Source: Carcharhinus longimanus (Eukaryota). Taken from it: a stretch of 64,000 nt of DNA. Position 1 is the first letter of the stretch. Each line of letters begins with the position of its first letter. The position numbers were made by a program, and so were the translations under genes. Under the pieces are notes generated by a model that did no database searches, had not been told where the DNA came from, and worked only from the letters and a program-made list of their open reading frames with translations. The stretch is taken from the NCBI GenBank assembly GCA_030264375.1, contig JASCQW010000133.1, forward strand, positions 24,449,399 through 24,513,398, in the 5' to 3' direction. Below, piece by piece: positions 1 to 11,826 of the stretch.

Positions 1-180
1 TGAGATTTTGCAAGCCCAGGCAAGTCATGGGGGTTACAGATAGTGTGACATGAATCCAAGATCCCGGTTGAGGCTGTTCTCATGTGTGTGGAACTTGGCT
101 ATCAATCTCTGCTCAGTGACTCTGTGTTGTCGTGTGTCATGAAGGCCGCCTTGGAGAACATTTATCTGAAGGTCAGAGGC
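1..180 (-). mobile_element. Penelope-like element fragment (GIY-YIG endonuclease C-terminus)
   Basis: The minus strand reads ASDLQINVLQGGLHDTRQHRVTEQRLIAKFHTHENSLNRDLGFMSHYL*, a Penelope-type endonuclease end. It is homologous to 3688-3800. Confidence 0.75.
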
Positions 181-1679
181 CATTCTATGGTCAGGCCAGT
201 TCTGAATCCATCTAGCTAGTTCACCTTTGATTCCATGTGATTAAACCTTTTGCATCAGCTTGCCATGAGGGATCTTGTCAAATGCTTTGCTTTCTTCTCT
301 CTGATCTTTATCTATTTTTGGAAAATACCTACCCTTTAGGTCTAACTCTGATTTGTAAAAATAGAATTTCCATTCTGCTTAATCACCTTTCAGTCTCATT
401 ATTATTAATGACTGTTATGTTTGTGGGGCGTAGATGGGTCAGGTGACTTGGGGCGAGGGGTGACCTGCCTGGGAGTCTGCCCCTGCAGCCAGTTAAGGAC
501 TGGAGAGTGAGGAGTACAATTTCTCAAATAAAAACCTGTTGCTTCTATGGCTTGCCTTCCATGTGTCCATGTGAATTCTTTGGAGCTAACCCCCTGATAG
601 TCTCAGAGTTAACGCTGTTGACGATGATTGGTGCCTTAGTTCCGCGACTGTGAGGGAGGAGTGAGAACTTCCTTCTTTCTCCACCGCGCACCATTGAAGG
701 ACCCATGGCTAGTACACAGCTTTGGGAGGACCACATGCCGGCCACAGTAAGCGTCGGACAGACAGTGGGGGGAGGAAATAGGTACTTGGACTTGGGGTCC
801 AGCAGTGGAACTGCTCGCTATAGTCGCTGTTGATCTCTAGGGACTGTGGGATGAGTGAGGATTCCTGCGATTGTTAAGGGACTGTAGTCAGCAGCCAGGA
901 GGAACAGGCTTTGGGCCTAGTGCTGAGATGGGAAACCTTGTCACCACCAAGGTGAAATGGCAGGAACGTTTGGGACCACTAGAGTGTTCCACGAGGAGAC
1001 TGAGACATGGTTGGCTGACATAGAGAAATTCAGTATTTTTGTTACAGTGAACAATATTGAAGACAACCTTCGTGTTCCAGTGTGTTCCATTGTGCATGTC
1101 CACCCTTGTATGTCATAAAAGGGAATTACTCTATGTTGTTTGGAAGGGATTGGATGAAACAATTGAGACTAAACTGGGAAGTAGTAAACAGACTCACAGA
1201 AGCTTGTTCAGGCTTGGATGAAATATTGGGAAGATACCAGAAGGTGTTCCACTCTTGTGCACAGAGGGAGTAAAACCTTCAGAGTCCTAGGGGACATACT
1301 GCAGCCAGAGAAACCAGCTGATAAACCATTCACAAAGTTGTGCAAGTTATTGAAGGGACACTTAGTGCCACAACTATTGTTGACAGAGGAGCAATTAGAT
1401 TTCAAAAAGGCTTTCGCGATCGCCATATCCATAGAATGGGCTGCCATGGAAGCATCACACTTAGGTATGAGACACAAGATGGTGGATGCCCCAAGAGATC
1501 ATTTGAGAAAGGTTGTCAGGGTAGCTAAAAGGGCCACATGGTGGCTGGATGAGAGGAACTCAGAGTTGGAACTGTGGGAGCACAGGTCCCTTCACCTGCA
1601 ATTGTAGAGCATCAGTGTCTCAGGAAGAGGCAAAACAGAAGTGACCCAGCCTGCAACCAGGAGGAAGTGGTGAATATCC

Positions 1680-1790
1680 ACTTTATTTATTTTTATGCTA
1701 GTCACTGGGCATCACTGGCTGGGCCCAGCATTTATTGCCTGTCCCCAACTGCTCTCCATTTCAGAGGCCATTTGAGAGTCAACCACATTG
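1680..1790 (-). mobile_element. Fragment of an abundant retroposon 3' end nested in Gypsy A
   Basis: CTGGGCCCAGCATTTATTGCC is shared with 38010-38140. It interrupts the gag-pro region. Confidence 0.45.
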
Positions 1791-2743
1791 AAGGGGACAA
1801 GAAGCCAGCAGCATCCGCGGATGAAAATGAACTGATGGAGAGAAAGAAATTAAACTTAATGTGCTGTCAGTCTGTGGTAATGCGGAGTGGTTTTGGGCGT
1901 TGGAAGGTTGGTGAAGATGGTGGACACATGGGTGGAAGTGGCATTGATTCTGGAGTCCATATATAAAGAGAAACTGAACCATCTTTCCTTGAAACCTGTG
2001 AATATTGTTCTGAAAACATAAATGGATGAGGTGGTGCCTTTAAAGGGTTATGTCTCCATCATGGTACAGTTGAGGGATCATTGTGCACATCTACCCTTGT
2101 ATGTCGTAAAAGGGAATTACCCTGTGTTGTTTGGAAGAGCTTGGATGAAACAATTGAGACTAAATTGGGAAGTAGTAAACAGACTCACAGNNNNNGTTCA
2201 GGTCTGGATGAAATATTGGAAAGATACCAGGAGGTGTTCAGTGGAACCCTGGAGGAGATGAAAGGAATAAAGGTGAATATAAGGTTGAAACTGGGAGCTT
2301 GTCCAAGGAACATGAAAGCTTTCACCAGTACCATATGCAAATAGACCTAAAGTGGAGGCTGAACTGGAGTGATTGGTAGAGTTGGGAGTCTTAGAACCAG
2401 TGGCCATGAATGAGTGGGCCACGCCCATAGTCCCAGCCTTGAAGACCAATGGATCGTGAGAACCCAAACTTACACTTGGAACAGTATCCGTTACCCTTCA
2501 TCGAGGATCTTGTTAGTGACCTAGCTGGGGAAAAAATGCACTAAAATGGATCTTGCCCAAGCATATCTGCAAGTGGGTGGCTGAAGAGCCACAACCATTG
2601 TTAATGATTGTCATCAAAAAGGTTTGTTCCCTACAAGTGATTACCCTTTAGAATTACATTGACCGTGGCCATTTTCTAGAGATGATGTGGAGATGCCGGC
2701 TTTGGACTGGGGTAAACACAGCAAGAAGTTTCACAAAACCCGG

Positions 2744-3686
2744 NNNNNNNNNNNNNNNNNNNNNNNNNNNNNNNNNNNNNNNNNNNNNNNNNNNNNNNNN
2801 NNNNNNNNNNNNNNNNNNNNNNNNNNNNNNNNNNNNNNNNNNNNNNNNNNNNNNNNNNNNNNNNNNNNNNNNNNNNNNNNNNNNNNNNNNNNNNNNNNNN
2901 NNNNNNNNNNNNNNNNNNNNNNNNNNNNNNNNNNNNNNNNNNNNNNNNNNNNNNNNNNNNNNNNNNNNNNNNNNNNNNNNNNNNNNNNNNNNNNNNNNNN
3001 NNNNNNNNNNNNNNNNNNNNNNNNNNNNNNNNNNNNNNNNNNNNNNNNNNNNNNNNNNNNNNNNNNNNNNNNNNNNNNNNNNNNNNNNNNNNNNNNNNNN
3101 NNNNNNNNNNNNNNNNNNNNNNNNNNNNNNNNNNNNNNNNNNNNNNNNNNNNNNNNNNNNNNNNNNNNNNNNNNNNNNNNNNNNNNNNNNNNNNNNNNNN
3201 NNNNNNNNNNNNNNNNNNNNNNNNNNNNNNNNNNNNNNNNNNNNNNNNNNNNNNNNNNNNNNNNNNNNNNNNNNNNNNNNNNNNNNNNNNNNNNNNNNNN
3301 NNNNNNNNNNNNNNNNNNNNNNNNNNNNNNNNNNNNNNNNNNNNNNNNNNNNNNNNNNNNNNNNNNNNNNNNNNNNNNNNNNNNNNNNNNNNNNNNNNNN
3401 NNNNNNNNNNNNNNNNNNNNNNNNNNNNNNNNNNNNNNNNNNNNNNNNNNNNNNNNNNNNNNNNNNNNNNNNNNNNNNNNNNNNNNNNNNNNNNNNNNNN
3501 NNNNNNNNNNNNNNNNNNNNNNNNNNNNNNNNNNNNNNNNNNNNNNNNNNNNNNNNNNNNNNNNNNNNNNNNNNNNNNNNNNNNNNNNNNNNNNNNNNNN
3601 NNNNNNNNNNNNNNNNNNNNNNNNNNNNNNNNNNNNNNNNNNNNNNNNNNNNNNNNNNNNNNNNNNNNNNNNNNNNNNNNNNNNNN
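2744..3686. other. Assembly gap
   Basis: Run of N. Confidence 0.99.
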
Positions 3687-3977
3687 GATCTTTGGGTAAG
3701 CAGTCTCCAAGGCAGCCTTCACGACACGATAGCCAAGCTCCGCATACGAGGATGGGCTCAACTGGGACCTTGGGTTCATGTTGCCTGGGCTTGCAAAATC
3801 TCTAACTGTCTTGGCAAAAGACAATACACATCTCTTTAACCTGTGCTTAATGTTCTCTCCACTCACATTGTCTGTACCTTTGAGACTTGATTACCTGTAA
3901 AGACTCACATTCTAACCATTATTTTGTAAATTGAGCTTGTGTCTTTATATTCCCTGTTTGTGAACAAAACTCCCACT

Positions 3978-4016
3978 CACCTGACGAAGAAGCAGCAAGT
4001 GCTCCGAAAGCTAGTG
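3978..4016 (+). ncRNA. Minimal type-I hammerhead ribozyme motif (Penelope-associated)
   Basis: CAC-CTGACGA-A-[GAAGCA gcaag TGCTCC]-GAAA-GC-TA-GTG. It has both core boxes, helix II with one mismatch, a palindromic AGCT and helix I CAC/GTG. Confidence 0.65.
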
Positions 4017-5244
4017 GCTTTTGCTACCAAATAGACCTGTTGGACTTTAAGCTGGTGCTCTGAGACTTCTTATTGTGTTTACCCCAGTCCAACGCTGGCA
4101 TCTCCACATCAAGATAGTTACGGACAATGTTTGATTTACTGAGACTGGAAGAGACCAGGCGAGTGGTAGAGAGGAATCAAGAGAAGCAGATGGACTGGTG
4201 AGCTGAACATGCAAAACTGAGCACTTTTCACAAAGACAAAACAGTTCTAGTGAGGAACTATGTGTCAGGAATGAAGTGGGTTCTGACAGTAATATTAGCC
4301 AAGGCTGGACCACTGTCCAATACTGTGGAGACACAAAATGAGTTACTTTGGTGTAACATGCAGACCAATTACTGGCAGCACAATATCAAGGAATGGAAAC
4401 ACCAGTTGGGGAGATGGAGACTGTTCAGCAGAACAGGCAGAGGTTCCAGTGGAAGGGAGCGTGGGACCCATAGTTACACCTTCGTCTGATGAGCTGGGAG
4501 CACTGGTAGTGGTGACTGATGATGTGTGATGGAAGAATCCCTGAAGGCAGTGTCACTGGAGCAATGATCATTGGAGAGGGACTGAAGGCCGGTTCCAGCT
4601 TCAAGGAGACAACCTCTATGGAACAATTGGCCTCCTGACTGATTGATCATATCTCTAATACAGCAAATGAATGTTTATTACTTTCTGTACTATGTAAATA
4701 GTTAGTTGTTAATTCTGGATGGGGATTACTGTTCAGAAGGGAGGAGTGTTATATATGCAGGGCGTAGCCCCTTTAAGAAGATGGGTCAGGTGACTTGGGG
4801 TGAGGGGGTGACCTGCCTGGGAATCCACCCCTACAGCAGTTGAGGGCTGGAGTGCAAGGAGTACAGTTCCTCAAATAAGCCCTATTGTTACTGTGGCTTG
4901 CTTTCCATGTGAGTTCTTTGGAGCTACCCCCCACCCCCACTGTTTGTCTCAGACTTAACAATGACTATATCTTAAGATATTTTTCTTTCCTTTTACCTTT
5001 CCACACTTACAAATAAAATGCAGCTTATTTGACAAAGAATTGTCATCTAGTCTAAAGCAACTAATGGCTCAGTCATTTTTTTGTCATTCTCATCCCATAT
5101 ACTTAACCAATAGGTGAGCTGTCAGTTTGGTTTAGAATTAGCTGATAGTGATGTTTGATTTTTCTTCCTCATGTTACACTGCTTTTTCCGGTCAATACTT
5201 CTCCCGAATGTCATAATTGAGATTTGGAAACAGGAAATTGGAAA

Positions 5245-5442
5245 TAAAACAAAATGCTGGAAATATTCAACAGTTAAGGCTGAGAGAAAGAGCAACAGAG
5301 TTAATGGGGCAAACTTTCCCATTCTTGGCGGGCAGGGGGTGGACCATGGGAAAGTCCATTAATCTTGGGCAGGATTTTCCGGTTTTGGGCGAGCGCAGCC
5401 AGAAAATCCCACCCAACGTTTCAGTTGACATTTCATCAGTAT
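5245..5442 (-). mobile_element. Second Penelope-derived terminal repeat with a degenerate hammerhead, split by a MITE
   Basis: After removing 5306-5414, the minus strand reads CTGATGA-aatgtcaact-GAAA-CG-TT-AACTCTG...CCAGCATTTTGTTT. Related decayed copies lie near 14690-14800, 22200-22340 and 55850-55975. Confidence 0.55.
5306..5414. mobile_element. Harbinger-type MITE
   Basis: Imperfect TIRs GGGGCAAACTTTCC...GAAAATCCCACCC and a 3-bp TSD aat/aac. Same family as 27017-27141 and 46144-46270. Confidence 0.6.
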
Positions 5443-5515
5443 TTAGGAAATTGAAAGTCTTATTCCATTTTAAGTAATGCATAATGTTTAAAAAAAGGGT
5501 ATTTATATTTTACAG

Positions 5516-5586
5516 CATTTGGAAAGGCATTACATGCCTTATCTCGAATTGGTGATGAGTTATGGTTTGATCCTTTAGAGAAAGGG
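5516..5586 (+). CDS. RAD9B: RAD9B coding exon 2
   Basis: tacag|...|gtaag, 71 nt. Encodes [23 protein letters not shown], matching the Rad9 N-terminus. Confidence 0.93.
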
Positions 5587-6589
5587 GTAAGTCATTTACA
5601 TTAGCATCTCCTTTGTGACACTGAAGGTTGATTTAAACCAGGTAGGCAATTAAAATCACACATGGGATTTAACTGCTGAGGACCCGATCTCCTCTCACAA
5701 GTTCTGGTTTTAACGTTTTTTGAACCAGGAAAATGAATGGGATCCTTCTTTAAATCCGGCAATGACAACATGAGGGGTTTGATTACTATTTAATGCAGAG
5801 ACCTACCTGAGAAAGCCATTGTGGCTTTTTTAGACCAATCTGATGGGTGCAAGAGTCTGAGGCAGAATAGACCATATAAAAACTTTATTTGACTTGTCGG
5901 ACCAGGAGGTGCAGAAGTACTACAAGAAATGTTTATGATTCCACCGTCTGTGATCCTCCTTCCCTGATTGTGCAGTCCTTCTGAATTCTCTTCATCTTAG
6001 CTGAGTTCTGAACATCCTTTTGGTCTCTGGTGATGGCTTCTTGCTAACAGTCCACCCCTAGCTGTTGATATTGGGCTGGCTGCTTGGGATTGTGCTGTCG
6101 ATGCTTAAAGCTTCACCAGCCTCACATTGATGAGTGAGGGATTTCTGCAAAGTACATGTCTAACTTTGTTATAAGGACAGCATATGGCTCAGCTTTAATT
6201 TCATCCCCACAACAACATTCAAACATTCACTGTTTAATGTTGAATTTGGAGAATGGCTGCTTACATTAAAGTACCAAAAGCTGGCTGCAAGCTCTGTGGC
6301 AGTAATCTGCTCTGAGTTAGGGTTTTCAGGAGAGGGAGGCAGAGGAGCAATTTAAAAAAAACTAGAACAAGAACTATTTCCTCCAAAAGGGAGGCTTCCC
6401 TTCAATTTTGAAGAATCAAATTATGGGAACGGAGAAGTACTTCAAAATTCAACACACTGGTGGGCGACAGCTTGAATTGTTTAAAATATTGGAATCATTT
6501 TCAATTTGTAATTTGTTAAGATTATTTTAAGTTTGTTAGTTGTTCTTTATATTACATTAGGTAATGTTTTTGGTTTCCATTCTTTGCAG

Positions 6590-6742
6590 CTTGCTTTGAG
6601 ATCAGTCAATTCTTCTGGGTCAGCATATGCTTGCTTTTTGTTCTCTCCACTCTTCTTTCTGCAGTACAGCAGGGGGAACAAGCATGAGCAAGATACTCAT
6701 GAAGCTGAAAGTATACCCCTGAACTGTAAGATGGCAATTAAG
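6590..6742 (+). CDS. RAD9B: RAD9B coding exon 3
   Basis: tgcag|...|gtatgg, 153 nt. Encodes [26 protein letters not shown]...LNCKMAIK. Confidence 0.95.
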
Positions 6743-7139
6743 GTATGGTTTGCTTATGTAGGAACTATAGGTTGAAACATTGGATGACACGCTACATAAT
6801 ATTTCTGTTGAAGTAAATTTTAAGAGCAGATAAATTGTATCACTTCATAGTAGTTACAACGTGTTGCAGAAAATTAAGTCTTCTGGTCTGATTTTCTTGA
6901 GTTGATTGGACAAATCTCTAAATCATTTTACTGGAGAAAAACCAATGTAAATATTACTTACTTGAAGTCAAAAATTTTAATGTTGGACTTAAAATATGTT
7001 CTGAATTTACTTAAAATGTTACTGTTTATACAAGATGTCAGAATCCCTTTGGCTTGTCTTGTGCCGTTCAACAATAGGATATTACTGAGCCCAATCTAAT
7101 CAGAAGGTATGGTATCATCTTATGCAACTTATCTTTAAA

Positions 7140-10100
7140 GAAATTTCCAGCATTAAATTCAATAGAAGCACGCCCACTCCCAATCCAAAATTGAAGTTGT
7201 GATGTGTGATTAACCTGCAATTGTTGACTGCAATGCAGGAAGAGCACCAGCTCCATTCAGCCAGTTGTTTTACATGATTGCAGCATTCAGCCACTGCTAA
7301 CCAACCTGTTGATTGTCTGGATACCTGACCAGGGGTCCACAATCGTGAATGAGCAGTACCAGCTAAAAGCAGGCTGCACTTCTTAAAGGAGAGGTGCATT
7401 ATGATTGGGGCAGACATTGGCTGAATTGTGAGAGCTGGCACATCTGAGAAAAACAGAAGAATGGCATAACATGGGAATGAACCAGGCTTCAAGGTTTTTG
7501 GATTCTGCACTGGAGACCTTGGTAAAGGAGGTGCAACTAAAGAGACATGCCCTGTATCTGCAGTAGGCCCTCCAAACACACATTCAGAACATCTATGCCA
7601 GAAGTCAAGGCCAGAAATCCTGGACGTACTGCCAAAAGATGGTTAGTGACCTCAAGATGGTCAAGATGTGTGTATATTTTACTTTACCAACTGTACCACT
7701 AGCCTCAGACACTGATCAATTCACCACTGCTTTATCACTCATGCCAAAATCAGTTTAAATGCTCCAGTGCACCATCACAAAAAGAGCATTGATGCAAACC
7801 TTACACCCACATCTCATAGCTTGCAATTGCTGCCAGCTATTCAGCTATGGCAGCCTCATCACCCAAAGAGATTTTACAACACTGGCATATGTCCTTTTCT
7901 CTTGCAGGACAAGGCTGCATACAACTGGAGACAGCATGAGCTAACTGCAGGGTGACAAGCATTCCTGCACATCTGACCCCCTTGAAGATGATGCAGACCA
8001 CTACTGGGTTGTCCATTGCTGAGACCAATGTTAGCAGAGGTACTGAACCATGGAAGATGACAGTTTCCTCGTACTTATTTCTCTTCAAATCCCACCTCCC
8101 CATCATCCCACACTCTCATGATATACAAGCTGCAGATGGTGTAAACATGCAAGTCTTACTTTCTCACAATCCTTGTCATACCAGCATTTACCCTTGTGCC
8201 TTTTTCCTTTCAGATAATAAACCTGCCCAGGCAAGTGCAGGAACACCAAGAAGACAGAGACAATGAAGATACAGCAACATCACACGACAGCATACTCTCA
8301 GCCACCAACTCTTAACACGGACACCATGTAATTTAGAGGATATAGATGTGAGGTCTGCATGTGATGAGGCATGTAGCTTGAATGGCCTGCAGCCAGGGCA
8401 GGGGACATGAATAGCACAGGTGCTTGCTCACCAGAGGACAAAGACATATGCAGGTTCCACTGCAGAGAAGTCCAATGAGCTATTTGATGGGGCAGCTAAT
8501 AGAAGGAAAACTCATGGATGTGAAATACTCAATGCATTGGGAAGCCTCCGAGAAAGCCAAAAAACAATATTTGGAAGCATTTCGGCAGAAAATTGACACA
8601 TTCTTAGCACAGGGCTCGAAGCCCATCCTTTCCTGCCTTGAAATAGAGGGCAACTTCCTGAGCAATCTTTTCAGGATATAGGTATTTCCATCAGCTCTCG
8701 CTTGCAGTAAACTACATTTAATTTGCAAACTCACCACTGCAAATGCTACAAAATCCATAACATTAAAAAATGTTTTGGAGTAGAAAGAGGCTATTCAACC
8801 CAATGTGTCTGTGCCTGTCATGATGACCCAATCACGATACAGGGTCTGATGGATGATGCCTCAGTTTGCATTCCAATACTTACCATCTGGATACTGCTCT
8901 GGAAGCTGAAACTTCTGTCAAGTAAGATCAACTTGCTGCCATGGAAAGTCAGCTTGCAGATACCAGTGTTGAAAGGAGCCTGCAGGCTATCACAGTTGTC
9001 CAGCAATCTGTCCTTCCACAACTTACTAAAATTGCTAATGCACCATGACAATGGAATACCAGTGGCTCCATTGACCACAATCCTGCTGTTCTGTCCTGGG
9101 AAGACAGCATTTGCCTTCCCACCTCTGTCATTCCACCTTTTGTCATTCCAGTTACTTGCACAGACTGCTTCTTTCCATGCCAAGATGGGACAGTCCACAC
9201 CAAGGCCTTCTATACTGAAAGTAAGCAGCCTTCACCAATCATGCTGTAGTCACTGGATAGCACTGTAGGAGTGCTAGACGAACAAAAGAATGGGCTGTTC
9301 TGTCATGATGCAAAGTTTTGCAGTATTCAACAGACGATGAAACTTGACACCCATTCTGCTGAATGCTGGAGGGGTCCAGGAAGTAGAAGTGTGGCTTCAG
9401 CTTGGTAACATGGTTATCATTATACGTATGATGCACATTTGTGCATATATTGTGCACAAGAATCATTACCATATAGCTGAGGATAGCACTTGTTGCCCAG
9501 AAGTCACCTTTGGTTTGCCCAAATACTGAACTAAATACTGAGTGTTGGAATTCCTTTCAGTTGTAGTATTGGTTTGATGTGTGCTTATAAACCAATGTAC
9601 GTGATTCAGTAGCATCTTGCAACATGGGGAAGCCTGCAGTCCCACCTGTGTGTTCACACCTCCTGCTTCTCACTAGCAAGAGAAAATGAAAAGTAGTTAT
9701 TTTTGAATGATAGAGTAAGCCAATGACGTCCTGAATCCTGCAGCTTGTCCCTTTCTGCAAGGTGTCTCTTCACTCTTCGTGCTGCATTCCAGTGAGAGTG
9801 ACTACTAGTGCACCCTAATCTAGGAGTGGTCCCATTTCAGAGCTTAATGGTTCACCTTAACCTTGGACAACAGTAGAAAGGACTCTACTAACGCTATTTA
9901 AAATGGATCATCAACTACTTAACAGTTAGTTACTGGTTGATTTGCTTTGGCTATTTCTTCAATTCCACTAGCACCTGGTGTTTTGCATGTCTGGAAGCAA
10001 CTGGTTTGTGCAGAAGCTTCATTAACAGCTGCTCTATTCCCTGAAGAACTGGACAACTTTGAATGACTACAGAAAACACCAGGTTACTTCTATGATACTT

Positions 10101-10220
10101 GTAATGGCCGTTTATTGCATGCGCTATGGCATTGCTCAGCTTAGTGCACGCATGCCACAAATGTCGTTTTAGACGCGCAAGGTATCAAATGGCATTAGTA
10201 GCTCCCGAAAAAAATTGCCC
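7140..10220. mobile_element. Decayed PIF/Harbinger DNA transposon (left boundary uncertain)
   Basis: A Myb/SANT-like remnant lies on + near 7485-7560 (ASRFLDSALETLVKEVQLKRHALY). A convergent DDE transposase remnant lies on - near 9290-9650 (AGFPMLQDATES, LLGNKCYP, YNDNHV, CKTLHH). It ends in AAATTGCCC at 10220. Confidence 0.6.
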
Positions 10221-10480
10221 TTTGCTTTTAACATTTTTATATTCTTGTTCCCTATTTTTATGTGGATATTCAAATTTGACGTCTAAGTGGACGCTGAACT
10301 CCAAACACTAACCATGTGATTTTTAATGTCCAGCCTTGCTGGTCATTACAAATTCCATTCCCATCAAATTTATTTAGTAACCATAGAGTAAAATAGTTTC
10401 TTTTACAAGTGATTTCAGTTAGTTGGTAGGAACCATATTTATTGTGTATTATGGTGTTTTTAACAATATGCTTTGTTTTC

Positions 10481-10807
10481 CGGCACAGTAGCACAATGGT
10501 TAGCATTGTTGCCTCACAGTGCCAGGGACCCAGGTTCAGTTCCAGCCTCGGATCACTGTCCAGAGTTTGCACATTCTCCCCATGTCTGAGTGGGTTTCCT
10601 TCAGATACTCCAGTTTCCTCCCACAATCCAAAGATGTGCAGGTTAGGTTGATTGGCTGTGCTAAATTGCCCTTAGTGTCAGGGGGATTAACAAGGTAAAT
10701 GCGTGGGGTTGCAGGGATGGGACTTGGGTGGGACTATTGTCAGTGCAGGCTCGATGGGCTGAATGACCTCCTTCTGCACTGTAGGGTTTCTACAATTCTT
10801 CTATGAT
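10481..10807 (+). mobile_element. HE1-like tRNA-derived V-SINE, near full length
   Basis: A box TAGCACAATGGT and B box GGTTCAGTTCC are present. It has the V-domain core (GAGTTTGCACATTCTCCCC...TTTCCTCCCAC...AAAGATGTGCAGGTTAGG) and a CR1-like tail (GATGGGCTGAATGACCTCCTTCTGCACTGT). Confidence 0.88.
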
Positions 10808-11414
10808 GCCTCGTATGCTGACTGTTGTGCTAATGCAAATGCTGTTCTATAATTGGTGTATTTCCCCATCGCTTCAACGGACGCATATTCAGCAAAAAAA
10901 AGACTGGTTTACAGTCAAGGGTGATGTTGTCTCATAAGTGATAGTAGGACAAGTCTCTGTTTGCATAACTAATTATGAACACTGCATATGAAGTCAGTGC
11001 TGGAGGGATGGATGGAATCATTGGCTTTGCACCGCATTTGTTTGTCCTGAAGGCACTTGACTCTGTGCTCCTCAAATGTCGAAATTTCATGATGACAGAA
11101 ACATCTCTCTCCATTTAGGGCTGTAAAATGTTGTCTTTTCCTATGTATTGAGATCCAGCTTGCAGACTGTGAGGTTGGCTTTCAGATTGTCTTTTAAGAC
11201 TTGATTCATTTACAGTCACCAGAGTCTAACTAGTCTTAATGGTATCACTGGAACTTGAGTTTGTGACCTGCTTGTTAATGATAAACTTCCATTGTATGTA
11301 TCACTGGATTGGCTACTGAAATAGCAAATTGTCATTTATACTACTGGACCACTTAGCCGACAGACTCCTACTAGACTTTGTTTCTTGGCTGGCTCGCTTT
11401 TTTATTCTTTTCAG

Positions 11415-11529
11415 TATGTTCTTCCCATGTTTCGATGCCTAACTACATTAGAAAGGAATGTGGAGAAATGCAAGATTTATGTAAATTCCCAGGATTGCCG
11501 TGTTGTTTTTCAATTCTGCTGCAAGCACG
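11415..11529 (+). CDS. RAD9B: RAD9B coding exon 4
   Basis: ttcag|...|gtagga, 115 nt. Encodes [38 protein letters not shown](G). Confidence 0.95.
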
Positions 11530-11826
11530 GTAGGAAAATACTTTCTTAAGTCTATCATGTGATTTTGTCTAGCGTGAGGGTTTTAGTGGTGGAGAAAATA
11601 TCATTTATGTTTGAATAATTAACAGCAATTATGTGTTATTTCTGTTTGTAATCTTTTATTTTGAACTATGCCCTTTTATTCTGAAATAGTTCCGATTCTT
11701 TAAGAAACATACGGAAACATGATAGCCAATTTGTGCGTAGCAAGGTCCCATTGACAGCAATGAGTTAAATGTTACAGGATTATCTTTTTTTAAAATGATA
11801 TTGCTTGAGGGTTAAACATTAGTTAG

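Larger units (their letters stand above)
2684..4110 (+). mobile_element. Penelope-like element with inverted terminal pseudo-LTR ends, nested in Gypsy A (middle is a gap)
   Basis: 2684-2721 GATGTGGAGATGCCGGCTTTGGACTGGGGTAAACAC is the reverse complement of 4075-4110. A GIY-YIG C-terminal remnant lies at 3688-3800 and a hammerhead motif at 3978-4016. Confidence 0.8.
413..4960 (+). mobile_element. Gypsy LTR retrotransposon A, decayed and internally deleted
   Basis: Similar LTRs lie at 413-614 and 4747-4960 (TG...CA/CG). There is a 5-bp TSD ATGAC at 408-412 and 4961-4965, a degenerate PBS after 614 and a PPT AGAAGGGAGGAG at 4735-4746. Gag, protease (HLPLYVVKGNYPVLFGRAW) and RT (EWATPIVP) remnants are present. 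Confidence 0.9.

Noticed and set aside
2676-3866. Long ORFs of 300-400 aa in the track (also 38750-39807 and 58390-59087)
   Set aside because: They are artefacts of translating through N gaps.
1-5515. RAD9B exon 1 or promoter
   Set aside because: No MKC-like start exon or CpG island found. The region is almost entirely transposon, so exon 1 is presumed upstream.
8723-9268. 181-aa plus-strand and 126-aa minus-strand overlapping ORFs
   Set aside because: No recognisable domain. They lie inside the decayed Harbinger element.
10481-10560. tRNA-like A and B boxes
   Set aside because: This is the head of an HE1-type SINE, not a tRNA gene.
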